A stretch of 64,000 bases of DNA from Hamiltosporidium tvaerminnensis FI-OER-3-3. Its lineage: Eukaryota > Fungi > Microsporidia. The stretch lies in the NCBI GenBank assembly GCA_022605425.2, contig CM061254.1:310001-374000 (forward strand). Direction: 5' to 3'. Positions 43,283 to 53,818 of this stretch are shown in pieces. Within the stretch, counting starts at the first letter, position 1, and every line of letters starts with the position of its first letter. The notes beneath the pieces were generated by a model. The model was given only the letters and a program-made list of their open reading frames with translations. It searched no databases and was not told the DNA's origin. The translations under genes and the position numbers were made by a program.

Positions 43283-43999
43283 TTACTCTTTTTGCCTTTT
43301 ATTCATATTAATATCAATAACTTCTCCACTTTCGCTTTCCTCTTCAGTTACTTCGCCTCTGGCAATTTTCTCCTTTTTTTCTTTCTCTCCTTTTTTATAC
43401 AAAACTTCTTTGATTTTACAATTCAGTTCTTCATCAACTTCTCTTGAAATTCCTTTCATTTTAATGAGAAATTCGACACATTTTTCATATTCTTCCATAA
43501 ATTCATAGCAAGTTGCCATCTTGTAAAAAACTTCTGATTCACTCAATGTATTCTTTCCAGCACATTTCTTTATTTCGACGATAGAAGAAACGTATTCAGT
43601 GATTGCACCAGTGAAATCATTATTTAATAATAAAATATCTCCTAAGAGATAAAATGTCTGAGCCAAATCATTATGATCCTTGTTGGCTATAAAAACTGAT
43701 TTGCTGATTTCTAAAACGTCCCATGCAATGTTTAAATCATCATCTCTGCTACTTCCTACCGTTCTTTTGCTTACCATTTTTTCTAATTCGTTTACAAAAT
43801 GTTCTTCACTTCCCCTGATTAATGAAGCTGCATATTCTAAATATATTTTACAAAGATTCGGGTCATTTTGATCGTAGATATTTTCTGCTGCAGACAATAC
43901 TTCGGAATAAACTTCTGATGCCATGTCATATTCATTGTGTGCCATGCATACTCTTGCTTTCTCAAGAGAAGGAAATTTGTCGACAATATTTTGTTCCAT
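43283..43999 (-). CDS. NASP: Histone H3/H4 (and H1) chaperone, NASP/Sim3/Hif1 family (SHNi-TPR), 238 aa
   Basis: TPR helices including DDDLNIAWDVLEISKSVF and LAQTFYLLGDILLLNNDFTGAITEY (SHNi-TPR signature), a coiled-coil/acidic region, and a C-terminal VIDINMNKRQK similar to the NASP terminal NLS motif. CCCC lies directly before the ATG. Confidence 0.85.
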   Translation of the reverse strand: MEQNIVDKFPSLEKARVCMAHNEYDMASEVYSEVLSAAENIYDQNDPNLCKIYLEYAASLIRGSEEHFVNELEKMVSKRTVGSSRDDDLNIAWDVLEISKSVFIANKDHNDLAQTFYLLGDILLLNNDFTGAITEYVSSIVEIKKCAGKNTLSESEVFYKMATCYEFMEEYEKCVEFLIKMKGISREVDEELNCKIKEVLYKKGEKEKKEKIARGEVTEEESESGEVIDINMNKRQKE

Positions 44000-44004
44000 G
44001 GGGG
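44000..44004 (-). promoter_or_regulatory. Microsporidian-type CCC motif immediately upstream of the NASP start codon
   Basis: Minus strand reads ...gctataCCCCCATG. CCC/GGG-like motifs next to start codons are an established microsporidian feature. Confidence 0.65.
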
Positions 44005-44033
44005 TATAGCGGACTAAGGTAGAAATTATATTT

Positions 44034-44148
44034 TTAGAAAAAAACGAAAAAAAAGTTTTGTTAAATTAAAGGTTGCATAATATGGGTTTATTAGAAAAAA
44101 CGAAAATTTTTTTCTATTAAATTAAGGGTTGCAAATATGAGGGTTTAT
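44034..44148. repeat. Imperfect tandem duplication (2 x ~57 bp) in the NASP upstream region
   Basis: ttagaaaaaa(a)cgaaaa...ttaaattaa(a/g)ggttgca(t)aatatg(a)gggttta occurs at 44034-44090 and 44091-44148. Confidence 0.8.
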
Positions 44149-44435
44149 TAAAAATTTTAATTAATTTAAGATATAGCAACGGTTTGTTTATGCAAATTAG
44201 ATATTATTAAAAATATCGTATAAAATAAGAACCACCTAGATAATCATTTTATTGATATTTATAAGTAAAAAAAATATATATTTCCAAAAAATATTATTAA
44301 TAAATCATTTAAAAAAATTCTCACTTTTGATGAAAAAAATCAATTCACACTTAAAGAATCACTTTAAATTTAAATTAAATCTACTTGATAATATTTTAAT
44401 AAATAAAATTCTGAATTTGTTAACTCTCTTAAATT

Positions 44436-46565
44436 TTATTTTATAATATCATAACAAATGACATTACTATAAAGATCAAGAATGCCTTTAAATTGCTTTT
44501 GTAAATTTTTCTGTATTTTAAAACAATCTTCCTCGTTAAGCATTTTTCTATCAATTAAACATCTTAAAAGTAAATCAATTATCTGAACGGATTTAAAACT
44601 TATAATAAATTTGTTGATAGCATTTATTACAGCTTCTTTGCGTGTGAAAATAATTTCAATAATTTCTGACAAAATTTCACTACAAAAATTATCTTCTAAA
44701 ATACTGTAAATTACTGTATAATCACTGTTATTTAAGATTTCTTTATTTATGAGTAAAGAAATTGTTTGTAGATAATTTTTATCTTCGATGCTTCTTTGAA
44801 TTAAAAAAATTGTTTGAATTAAATTTTCTTTTGATTTTTTTATAGCGGTTTGGTGAGATTCTGTTATATCAATAAAAAAATTAATTTGGCCATCAGAAGT
44901 GCCCGTGTAAAGACCGTTGTGGTAGAATAAAGACCAGATTTTTGTATTTTGTGTGTCGAGTGTGTTTAAGCATTTCAATTTTTTTGTGTCCCAAATTTTT
45001 ATTATTCCGTTGAGGTCACTAGAAATTACTTGAGTGTCGTTATTGAAAACTAGGCATTTGACCACAGCTGTTGTATGTCCGTGAAGTATTTGGCTGTCAT
45101 ACGTATCAAGATTGTGGATTTGAACAGTTGTATCAGAAGATGATGAAGCAAGTATATTTTGTCCAAAAGAGACTGACCAAATACCTCGTGTATGTGATTT
45201 TATGCTTTTTAAAATAGTTCCATTAAAATCAAAAATATTTATACTTTTGTCTTGTGAGCCAGTGGCAATCATTTTACGATATTTTGAAATTTCCAAAGAA
45301 TTGATTTCTTTAGAATGAACTTGTTTGGTAAAAATGGTTTTGATTTTATCATTTTTAATTTTAAAAATTTGTAATGTTTTATCTTTTCCAGCCGTGGCTA
45401 TCAAATCTTTAAAAATGGCTGTTCCATTTATAGAATCGGTATGCGTTTTTAATTTTTTAATTTTTTTTATTTTCTTACCTTCAATTCTCCAAATTATTGC
45501 TGTCTTATCACGAGAACCACTTATTAAATACTCGTCTGACAAATCTAGACTAAGTATGGCGTCCCTGTGTCCCTTAAGTAAATAGGATTTACACGCAAAT
45601 TTTCCATTTTCATTAAAATCATTTAAATCCAAATATCTGAGTATTTCACTATTTGTAGAAATAAAAATTCTCTTTTTATTATCCATTTTCATATCTGTAA
45701 TTTCATCTGCATTTCCAGTCAAAATATATTTAATTTTGAAATCTTTCAAATCTACAATTATAAAATCATATTCATTGGTAACTAAAATTAAATTATCAAA
45801 ATATATTTCTGTTCTGATAATTTCACAATAAACATTTAAAAGTTTCTTCGGCGTACGATTGTTTTGTAAAAAATATATTTTATTATTATTTATTCCATAT
45901 AATTGATTTTCATAATTAAAAATTAAAAAATCTTTTTTTAATTCCAAGGTTTCGATTACAGAAGAAGTTATAAACTCATAAATAAAAAGTTTTCCAGAAA
46001 CAAACGAAATATAAACAGTAATACACGGATTTACTGTATTCTCTGCACAGTAAATACTTCTTATTGGTTCATTAAATTCATGCGTTTTTAAAATATTACT
46101 TGTCAAATCATAATATAGCACGGTTCCAATCTCATCAACGACAAATATTTTTTTATTTTTGATTTCTAAAAATTTATACGAATTTTTATTTTTAAATAAA
46201 ATTTCTATTTTTCGAGTCGTAAAACAAAATCTACGAACACATTTATCGCTACAAAGAAAAATAAGAAAATCTTCTATTCCTTTCATACATAATATTGTAT
46301 AATTTTGTATATTATTTTTATAAATAAGATTTCCAAATAAGTCGATAATATTCAAAGCGGAATCATAAGTAATTATTTTATTATTATGAATGGTAAATAA
46401 AAGAATTTTCTTTAAAAATTTAATTTCTTCGACTTTAAAAGTCGTTAAATTCGTTATTCTGATTGAAGAATCAAAAATTGTATAAAAATTTATTTCATTC
46501 ACATAAAAATATGGCGTGTCAGATATCGGAATAAAGGAACGATCAATTTGAAGAATTGATATCAT
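44436..46565 (-). CDS. UTP13: U3 snoRNP / SSU processome WD40 protein Utp13 (TBL3), 709 aa
   Basis: Tandem WD40 propellers with Utp13-typical segments: ILTGNADEITDMK, LKGHRDAILSLD, LISGSRDKTAIIW, HSKEINSLEIS..IATGSQDK, HTRGIWSVSF, GHTTAVVK. Helical C-terminal domain. CCCCACA precedes the ATG. Confidence 0.88.
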   Translation of the reverse strand: MISILQIDRSFIPISDTPYFYVNEINFYTIFDSSIRITNLTTFKVEEIKFLKKILLFTIHNNKIITYDSALNIIDLFGNLIYKNNIQNYTILCMKGIEDFLIFLCSDKCVRRFCFTTRKIEILFKNKNSYKFLEIKNKKIFVVDEIGTVLYYDLTSNILKTHEFNEPIRSIYCAENTVNPCITVYISFVSGKLFIYEFITSSVIETLELKKDFLIFNYENQLYGINNNKIYFLQNNRTPKKLLNVYCEIIRTEIYFDNLILVTNEYDFIIVDLKDFKIKYILTGNADEITDMKMDNKKRIFISTNSEILRYLDLNDFNENGKFACKSYLLKGHRDAILSLDLSDEYLISGSRDKTAIIWRIEGKKIKKIKKLKTHTDSINGTAIFKDLIATAGKDKTLQIFKIKNDKIKTIFTKQVHSKEINSLEISKYRKMIATGSQDKSINIFDFNGTILKSIKSHTRGIWSVSFGQNILASSSSDTTVQIHNLDTYDSQILHGHTTAVVKCLVFNNDTQVISSDLNGIIKIWDTKKLKCLNTLDTQNTKIWSLFYHNGLYTGTSDGQINFFIDITESHQTAIKKSKENLIQTIFLIQRSIEDKNYLQTISLLINKEILNNSDYTVIYSILEDNFCSEILSEIIEIIFTRKEAVINAINKFIISFKSVQIIDLLLRCLIDRKMLNEEDCFKIQKNLQKQFKGILDLYSNVICYDIIK

Positions 46566-46568
46566 TGT

Positions 46569-46572
46569 GGGG
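46569..46572 (-). promoter_or_regulatory. CCC motif upstream of the Utp13 start codon
   Basis: Minus strand reads atttaaagCCCCacaATG, preceded by an AT-rich tract. Confidence 0.6.
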
Positions 46573-46717
46573 CTTTAAATAAAAATTATCTTCAAATTTT
46601 TTTTAAAATTTTTTTATTTTTATAAATTAATGGCGCTTTAAAAAACTGATAATTTAAGAAAAATAAAAAGAATTTACCAGTAAAAATTTATAAATCAAAG
46701 TTAAATAAAAAAATAAG

Positions 46718-46932
46718 AATAATAAGAATTATTAGTGTTACTACGAATAATATGAAATATGAAAAAAATAAAAATAATAAGAATTATTAGTGTTAATACG
46801 AATATAAAAAAAACATAAAATATTTAAGAATTATAAGAATAATACGAATTATTAGTGTTAATACGAATATAAAGGATATATGACACATTAAAAAAATAAA
46901 AATAATACGAATTATTGGTGATACTACGAATA
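46718..46932. repeat. Four copies of a 32-bp repeat separated by 23-33 bp A-rich spacers
   Basis: aataata(a/c)gaattatt(a/g)gtg(t/a)ta(c/a)tacgaata starts at 46718, 46773, 46838 and 46901. Spacers are 23, 33 and 31 bp. Confidence 0.85.
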
Positions 46933-48712
46933 ATAAAGATGCTTACTCATATAATTTAAACGTAAGGAAATATTTTTTTATTCTCAACAAAAATTTGCAT
47001 TAAAAAATGTGCTTTTTTCTTGAGACACGAATAATGAAAGTGGATTTATAATTTTGTTCTTCAATTTCTTTATTATTCTGGTATTTTTCTTTCTTAGATA
47101 ATTTTTAAATTTGAAGAATTTCAGTTGGTTTTTTTTTTAAAAAATTGTTCTTGTAGTATGAAATATTTTTTAATTTGGGTAATGAAATTTGTTTTTCAAA
47201 TGAATGAATGCATTTGGTTTATAAATGACAATTTTGATGTTCGAAATGAATTTTTTACGTATAAAAAATACCGAAAAACTTTACTTTTCTTACTGATCAA
47301 GCTATTTATCTTTATCAAAGGTTTTTTGTAGATAAATAAAATAAAATTGGATTAAATTTTTATCTTGAATTGGTATATTACTTTTTCCAAACATTTAAAT
47401 TGAAAATATTTTATCTGAACATAAGAATATATTATGACTATATTTCGGAACGAAAGCTTAAAGAGTTTACAGAGAATTCTCGTACTTGAAAAGTGACGTT
47501 TAAATAATATTTATATTCTTTCCAAGTCTATAAATTTATTATTAAGGCCTCTGTGCAGACTTTAAATAGTTTAAAATAACAAAAATGAGGTTCATTCTGT
47601 GAAACACTTTCAATTTTACAGTATTCTGAAATCATATTAAAATTAAAAGATGTTTTGAATAAAAATTTGTCGGTTTTTTACCGCTTAGATAAAAACCGGT
47701 CTGAATATGATTTATGAGACATTAATACGTCGATTTTTAGGGGAAATAAATTTGACAAACTAAGAAATTAAAAGTTTCTTGGAAAATAAAATTTTCATCT
47801 TGATTGATTGTAGATTTAATATTTTTAAGAATCGTTTATCAAACTTAAAGTTAGGTTGATTGTATTCATTGGAGATTTATAAACACATTAGAAATTGAAT
47901 GGACTATTCGTTGCATTTATGACGATATAACTTGTAATCAAAAAGTTTTTTTATTATTGAAATGAAAAGTAAAAAATGAAGTAAATAACTCATTTCATTT
48001 CGATCTCGTTTAAGTCTTACTGTGATAATACTCATTTCATCATACAAAATTTATTTTTAAAATTTTACTTCGATGCAAAAAACTAAGATTCGCTTATTTT
48101 ATATATTTGTTTGTTAAAATAAAAGAAACTCTGATATTTCATCCTTAAACGATACGAAATATAAATTTAGACGAATATTTGAGGACAATGTTGTCTCTTT
48201 TTAATAAATTTTATTAAATACAGGCAATACTTAGGTTGAAAAAACTCGAGATAATTTGTAGCTATAAAATAATACAAAGCAATTCGTATAAATTATATCA
48301 TAAATCTTTGTATTTTTTAGACACGCACAATACATTCTGTGGTTGTATAAATTAATATGTTATATCTGCCATATTCAAAAAATATTTTTGTGGTTTCGTT
48401 ATAAATAACATCTCATTTGAAAAGTATTTTTATTACATTGTAAATTCTAAATATACAGAATTATGTGATATACGCGTTTCTTTTTGTATCTAAGAGAATC
48501 ATTTAAGATTTCAAAATCTATTTTTTTTTCGAGATTTAACTAAATATAGATCGTAGAGATTGCAAATATTCTTAAATATCTACTTAAATAATATAAGGAT
48601 TTATTATAAACCGACTATATAAGTTTAAAACATTTAAAAGTTTTAACAAAAAAATGCTATATTATGAAAAAGTGTGACGTCAAGTGAATGTACTAAAAAG
48701 ATGGAAACAATT

Positions 48713-48872
48713 ATAAGCTATATGAGTATTTTTGAGACGTCGATAAAATTATCACTCATGACGAGTATAAATAAAAAGGTGTTTTGGATAAGCTATATGA
48801 GTATTTTTGAGACATTCGATAAAATCACTCATGACGAGTATAAATTCAAAAGTGTTTTTGATAGGCTATATA
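48713..48872. repeat. Tandem repeat, ~74-bp unit, 2 copies plus a partial third
   Basis: ataagctatatgagtatttttgagac...cgataaaat..cactcatgacgagtataaat...gtgtttt.g starts at 48713 and 48788; partial ataggctata at 48861. Confidence 0.85.
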
Positions 48873-51800
48873 CTTCATAATTTTAAATTTGTGAATAAAA
48901 GATCGAAAGTTTAAAATTGTAAAAATACTAAAAAAAACAAAAATATATTGAAAAATATTATCATATAAGGTTGTTCTGCAATTTATTTGTATTGAAAGGC
49001 GAGAATATGTTTTTTAATTTCGAAAATAATCAAATATTTAAAGATTTGATTTGCGAGTAAATGCGGGTTTTTTATTTTTATTGCCTTTTTTTAAGAATCG
49101 TTTCCTTTATTTAGGAAAATGAATAATTTCTTGTCATAATATTAAAGCAAATTGTATGATTGAAACACTTATTATAATATATGGACCCAATAAAGAGCAT
49201 TATAATATTCTTAGCGATTTAAAAAAATCAAAGTTGTTATAATATTAATATTTTTTTTAAATTTCACATAAAATACAAGGCGTCTTCCTGGAGAAAATAA
49301 GCATGTCATTTCCATGTTTAGTACTCAAAATTCCTTAAATTAAGTTTCAGAAAGTTTTTATATATTTTTTAAATATTTATTACAGGAGCGGCTATCCGAA
49401 TTTTATAATACCAATATTCAAAATGAATACAGGCGGGTATAAGATCAAAATACAACACAATAATATGTATAGACTTGCCCCTAGCTGGACATAAATGAAT
49501 TCGATTTTATATTAATAATGGATGCGATAAATGATATATTTACAAAAAACCATTACTACAAATATTTTTTTAAATAAAAATTTGTGGTTAGCATTGAGTT
49601 ATTAGTACACGCTAGTATTGAAGTTGGGGTCAAATCAATATAAGCAGTCGCGTACTTCGATCATGACGCAACCACGATCGTGCATATAGCTCCACTCGTC
49701 TAACACCAATGAGCAAGCTTATTATAAATTTGTGTGTACCAGCATTTTCCTGTGGGTAGATCCTTCAATAATGATGATATATTCCAAATTTTAAGAATTT
49801 TTGTCAAGGTGGATACCCTTTAAAGTGTTTATTCTACCGGGGCTGTGCATGCTCATAATTTTTGTTTCCGTGATTGTATAGTTTAAAACCTTGTTTATTT
49901 TTCTAAATTTTTATTAAATAATATGTTTTTTACTTCCCAGTATGAATGCGAAACCGTTAAACCTGAGCTTCCTTTTTGGCCGTATAAAAAGTAAATGTTT
50001 GGATAGATTAATGATAAATTTAAATAGTTATTGTATGGATTTGAATTAGTTTTGAGTATATACGAGCGTTGGAAATGTCGTAGAGAATGCAATAATTCAA
50101 ATGTCTCAAATTTCTGATATAAATCGATAAATATCCTTAACCAATGATACCCTCTTACATATCAAAAGGTCTGAGAAGTCTGATTTGCTTAGACTCATTT
50201 GTCGTAGATAAAATTTTACTGTTGACTGTTTATTTGTGTGTGAAATCAGTCAAAACGGTAATATTAGAGTTAAATCCGGCGAGGGAATCTGCGTATAATG
50301 ATAATTTTTTTAGAGAGACCTAGGGTGATTTGTTAGAGAGAGGGTTTGGTTTATTTTAGCGAAAGGAAAATTTTGGAAATGGATGAATGTAAATTAACAA
50401 CAGAAAGTACAACAGGATTTTTCCTTCGGAAGATTATTTAATTTTTTTGAAAGTAGAAAAAAAATCAAAATGTTTTTTTCTGTGCTGTTGGAAGGAGCTA
50501 TTAATATACTTGTCGAAATTACTGAGACTTCTATTCTGTTTAAAACAACCCAGCATTTCGAATTGATAGAAATCTTATATACACCAAAAGGTACCAGGCT
50601 TCGTCATATTAGTGTTAATTTTTCTATTTATATTAGAATCTGAAATAGGAGTAAATAGAATGCCATCGAGCGAACATAGGATGCCATCAAAGAGAGACTT
50701 GCTAATTTAAACAGTTACTGTATTTTTTTTGCCTGTTATCGAGATTTTTTTTGGCGTAGGCATTTTTCTAGGGTGTAAATCTCAAATTCGATATTTCACC
50801 GAGAGTTAAAGGTGTATTTTACTCGGATCGAGGGGTTCTGTGGTGTATATAATTTCTAACTGCTTCCGAAAAACATTATTATTTGTTCCTAGGGGATAGA
50901 TAGGACACGTTTTATTTCACTTTTTTGTAATATGTGAGAAATTTGTGAAAAAATGACTTAATTTTTGTACATTGATTTATTACATTCACTATTTTTATTT
51001 GATTATAGCAAGAAAATCTAAAGTTGAAAGGTTTATGACGCAAAATCGTATTACTTCATAGATTGATAGTTATTTTGATTGATTTTTGCAAAAAGATATC
51101 TTGGACAGAAGATTTACCGAGAGTGCGAGCTAATGATTAACCCTAATTTAACCTTCCCCAACCCTAAATAGGCCTTCGAATCCATGGCCGATTAGAGGTT
51201 GAATGATATAAAAATACTTAAATTTTAAGATTCTAAACAAAATTTTTTTTAATAGTTGCAATATTTGAATTTGTTTTTTTTGATTTTTAAAATGTAAAAC
51301 ATATGGCTTTTTATAAACTACGGAGGTGTTATTTTTTCATAAAAAGAAAATATTTTAAATTTCCTGTCTATATATTCTAACTAAAATATATATAAATATT
51401 CAAATAAAAAGATGTAAAGAACCGTTTTTAAAGACGATCCTATGTAATATTTGCTTAAAGTATAATTTTCATAGCCAGTTGTAGTTTTCAACTGCATATT
51501 ATGTTATATTATATGTTAGTAAAAAAAATATTCTAATAATGCGAATTACATATCGAAATGGAAAGCGGATAAAGTCTAATGGAAGAAAATTTATGATAGA
51601 TATCTGCTAGAAAAAATTTCGCGTTGCACGGGTAAAAATGACGTTTTATTTAGAGGATAGAGCCAGTTATATAAACGAAGTCTTTTATCTTGGTACCTCG
51701 AAAAAGGTTACGGCATCCGGAAAAGTTGCCAAAAGGATCATCTCATTGATCGAAATATACTTTAGACCCGAGTATCTTATTAAAAATTGGAACACTAATT

Positions 51801-52039
51801 CATATTTTTTAACAAATAAGATGTCAAAAATATTTCTATGAGAAAAAAAACAAGCTGTTTAGATGAATAATGCTAAAGCTATAGGGAACTCTTTTTAAGT
51901 TCATATAAAAAATGAAACCGAACTAAAACCATTATGAATTGAACCGTAAAAACCTGCAACTAATGTATTAGTGTCCAAATAAAATATTTTAATTATTGTT
52001 TTGCATTCGCAGTTTCTATCTTGCCATAATATTATTTCT

Positions 52040-53818
52040 TGTCGAACCTATTCCACAACCAAATTTAAAAAAAATAAGAAATAACTTTTAATAACTTAAT
52101 TTTTTCAGTAAACTCTTCTATAATCAGAATTCACATTTGGTTGTTTATATTCCTGTCTTGAAGAGGAAAATCTATCGTCTTTTTAACAGGTAGAATTTCT
52201 TAAAAGGAAATAGTTTGTGACAAATCTGGAATTAGAAGACTTAAAAAACTTTAAAATTTCGAGAAACATACCTCAAGTATGAATCTCAATCAAAAATAGG
52301 TTTTTAAAGAAACAAGCGATATATACATCGAAAATGGTAAAGTATATGGGACAACTGTCACCCGTATTCTTAAGAAGTTATAGCAGATGATAGTAAAGAA
52401 AGGCACGCCAATGTTTTCTTCTATACATCTTAATGTTCATCTTAGTATAAAATAAATGCACCGGTAACCCATCTGAAAGTAATGCGATTAAACAAGAGAG
52501 AACGGAATACAGTGTAAAGGTTTGACATTGCCGGAATTATCAACATTTAAAGCAAAATACTGCAATTTAGACGATCACTGCCAATTATTCATAGGAAAGA
52601 ATTCAGATTGTTCTTGTTGATATATAGAAATTCTCAATTGATAATGGAAACTATAATTCTTCTCATAAATCTTTAAATAGCTTCTAAGTTTTTATTTGGG
52701 GTACCTTTTCAAAAAAATTCGGCAGCCGGTATTGTAAACGAACTTGGAAATTTTATTTTCTTTGAAAGTGCTCTTAGTATTTCAGAAAAAAAATAATAAA
52801 AGGGGTTTGTAAACGAACAAATATGTGTTTCTCACTGCATTTCTTTTATTAAAGAAAGAGAAAGTCACCTAAAAAATCTAAGGTAAGATGAGGGATGCAA
52901 CCAGACAACTATACGTAACCTGGCTATAAATTTAAGAACATTCTGGAAAATGGGATCGATTTATAATAGAAAATCATAATACCTACAATCAAACCCAGAG
53001 CAGGGCAAGAAACATGATCCCAACGGAAGCACTTATGGTCGGATATGCAAAAATGTTGTTAAATACTAAGAAAACCCAATTTATTAAGAATATTCTGCAT
53101 GTTCTGGTATAAAGAAATATCTCAAAAATACAGATCCAAACATAGAAATGACATGTGATGAAGATCAAGTAACTGTTATTAATAAGGTCTCTCGTAAAAA
53201 AGATATGCTTCTAACGATTTAATTAAATATCGAGACGAATATTTAAATCGTATGAAAAATGATGTAGATGTATACGGCTTTCGCTTTAAATTTTATAATG
53301 GTGATTTGGTGCTATCAAAGAGAGATTTAGATAGCACTAAAAAACTAAAAAAATGGTTGGCTTCTATGAAGAAAGGCTTTGGAAAGTTGTTTCCGTAGGT
53401 GGCATATGTGACTTTTTATTAGAAAGTGACGGCCCATAAAAAATTGTGTGCAAAACTAGTATTCAGATGTATCAATGGGATGAATTGTCTCATATTGACA
53501 AAAATATGAATAATTAGAACCTCACTTTTTAAAAATATAGTTCTTATCTTTTAGAATAGAATTTTTTAATATTTTTTTTTCTATTTTACTCTTTAATGAC
53601 TGTTTTTTTCTTTTTTTTCTTATTTCTATTTCGTAAAAATAAAAAAAAATACGAAAATAAGAAAAATCTTAAAAGAAGAAAAAAAGGCTTAAAAAATAAT
53701 TGGAGTAAATTTATGAATATATTTAAACAAAATTGACACATATAATATTTTTAGAGCTTTCAGTGCGAACTTTTTTTGTGGTTGTATAATTGGCAATGGT
53801 TGTGGAATAGGTTCGGCA
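52040..53818 (+). mobile_element. Ginger/TDD-like DNA transposon (retroviral-type integrase between TIRs), 1,779 bp, coding region decayed
   Basis: TIRs TGTCGAACCTATTCCACAACCA (52040-52061) and TGGTTGTGGAATAGGTTCGGCA (53797-53818) match 21/22. TG...CA ends and a TTTCT 5-bp TSD (52035-52039 and 53819-53823). Internal rve-integrase remnants are present. Confidence 0.85.
52590..53045 (+). pseudogene. Decayed rve (DDE) integrase core, KRBA2/SCAND3/Ginger-like
   Basis: Fragments ERIQIVLVDI (52595), SKFLFGVPFQKNSAAGIVNELGNF (52683), (DN)..GFVNEQI (~52800) and IKERESHL..DEGCNQTTIRNL (~52848-52920) correspond to the consensus ERxQIDLVD / SKF..A.PL..K.A..V / DNGxEF / GRPRHPQSQGxVERxNQT. Confidence 0.8.

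Noticed and set aside
43223-45585. Plus-strand ORFs 43223, 43680, 43822, 44252 and 45325
   Set aside because: Antisense shadows of NASP and Utp13, or AT-rich intergenic noise.
46718-46932. CRISPR array interpretation of the 32-bp repeats
   Set aside because: Eukaryotic context, no cas genes, non-palindromic AT-rich repeat, and low-complexity, partly related spacers. Kept only as a repeat.
51138-51167. Telomere-like taaccctaa...aaccctaa
   Set aside because: Only two to three degenerate units and no array.
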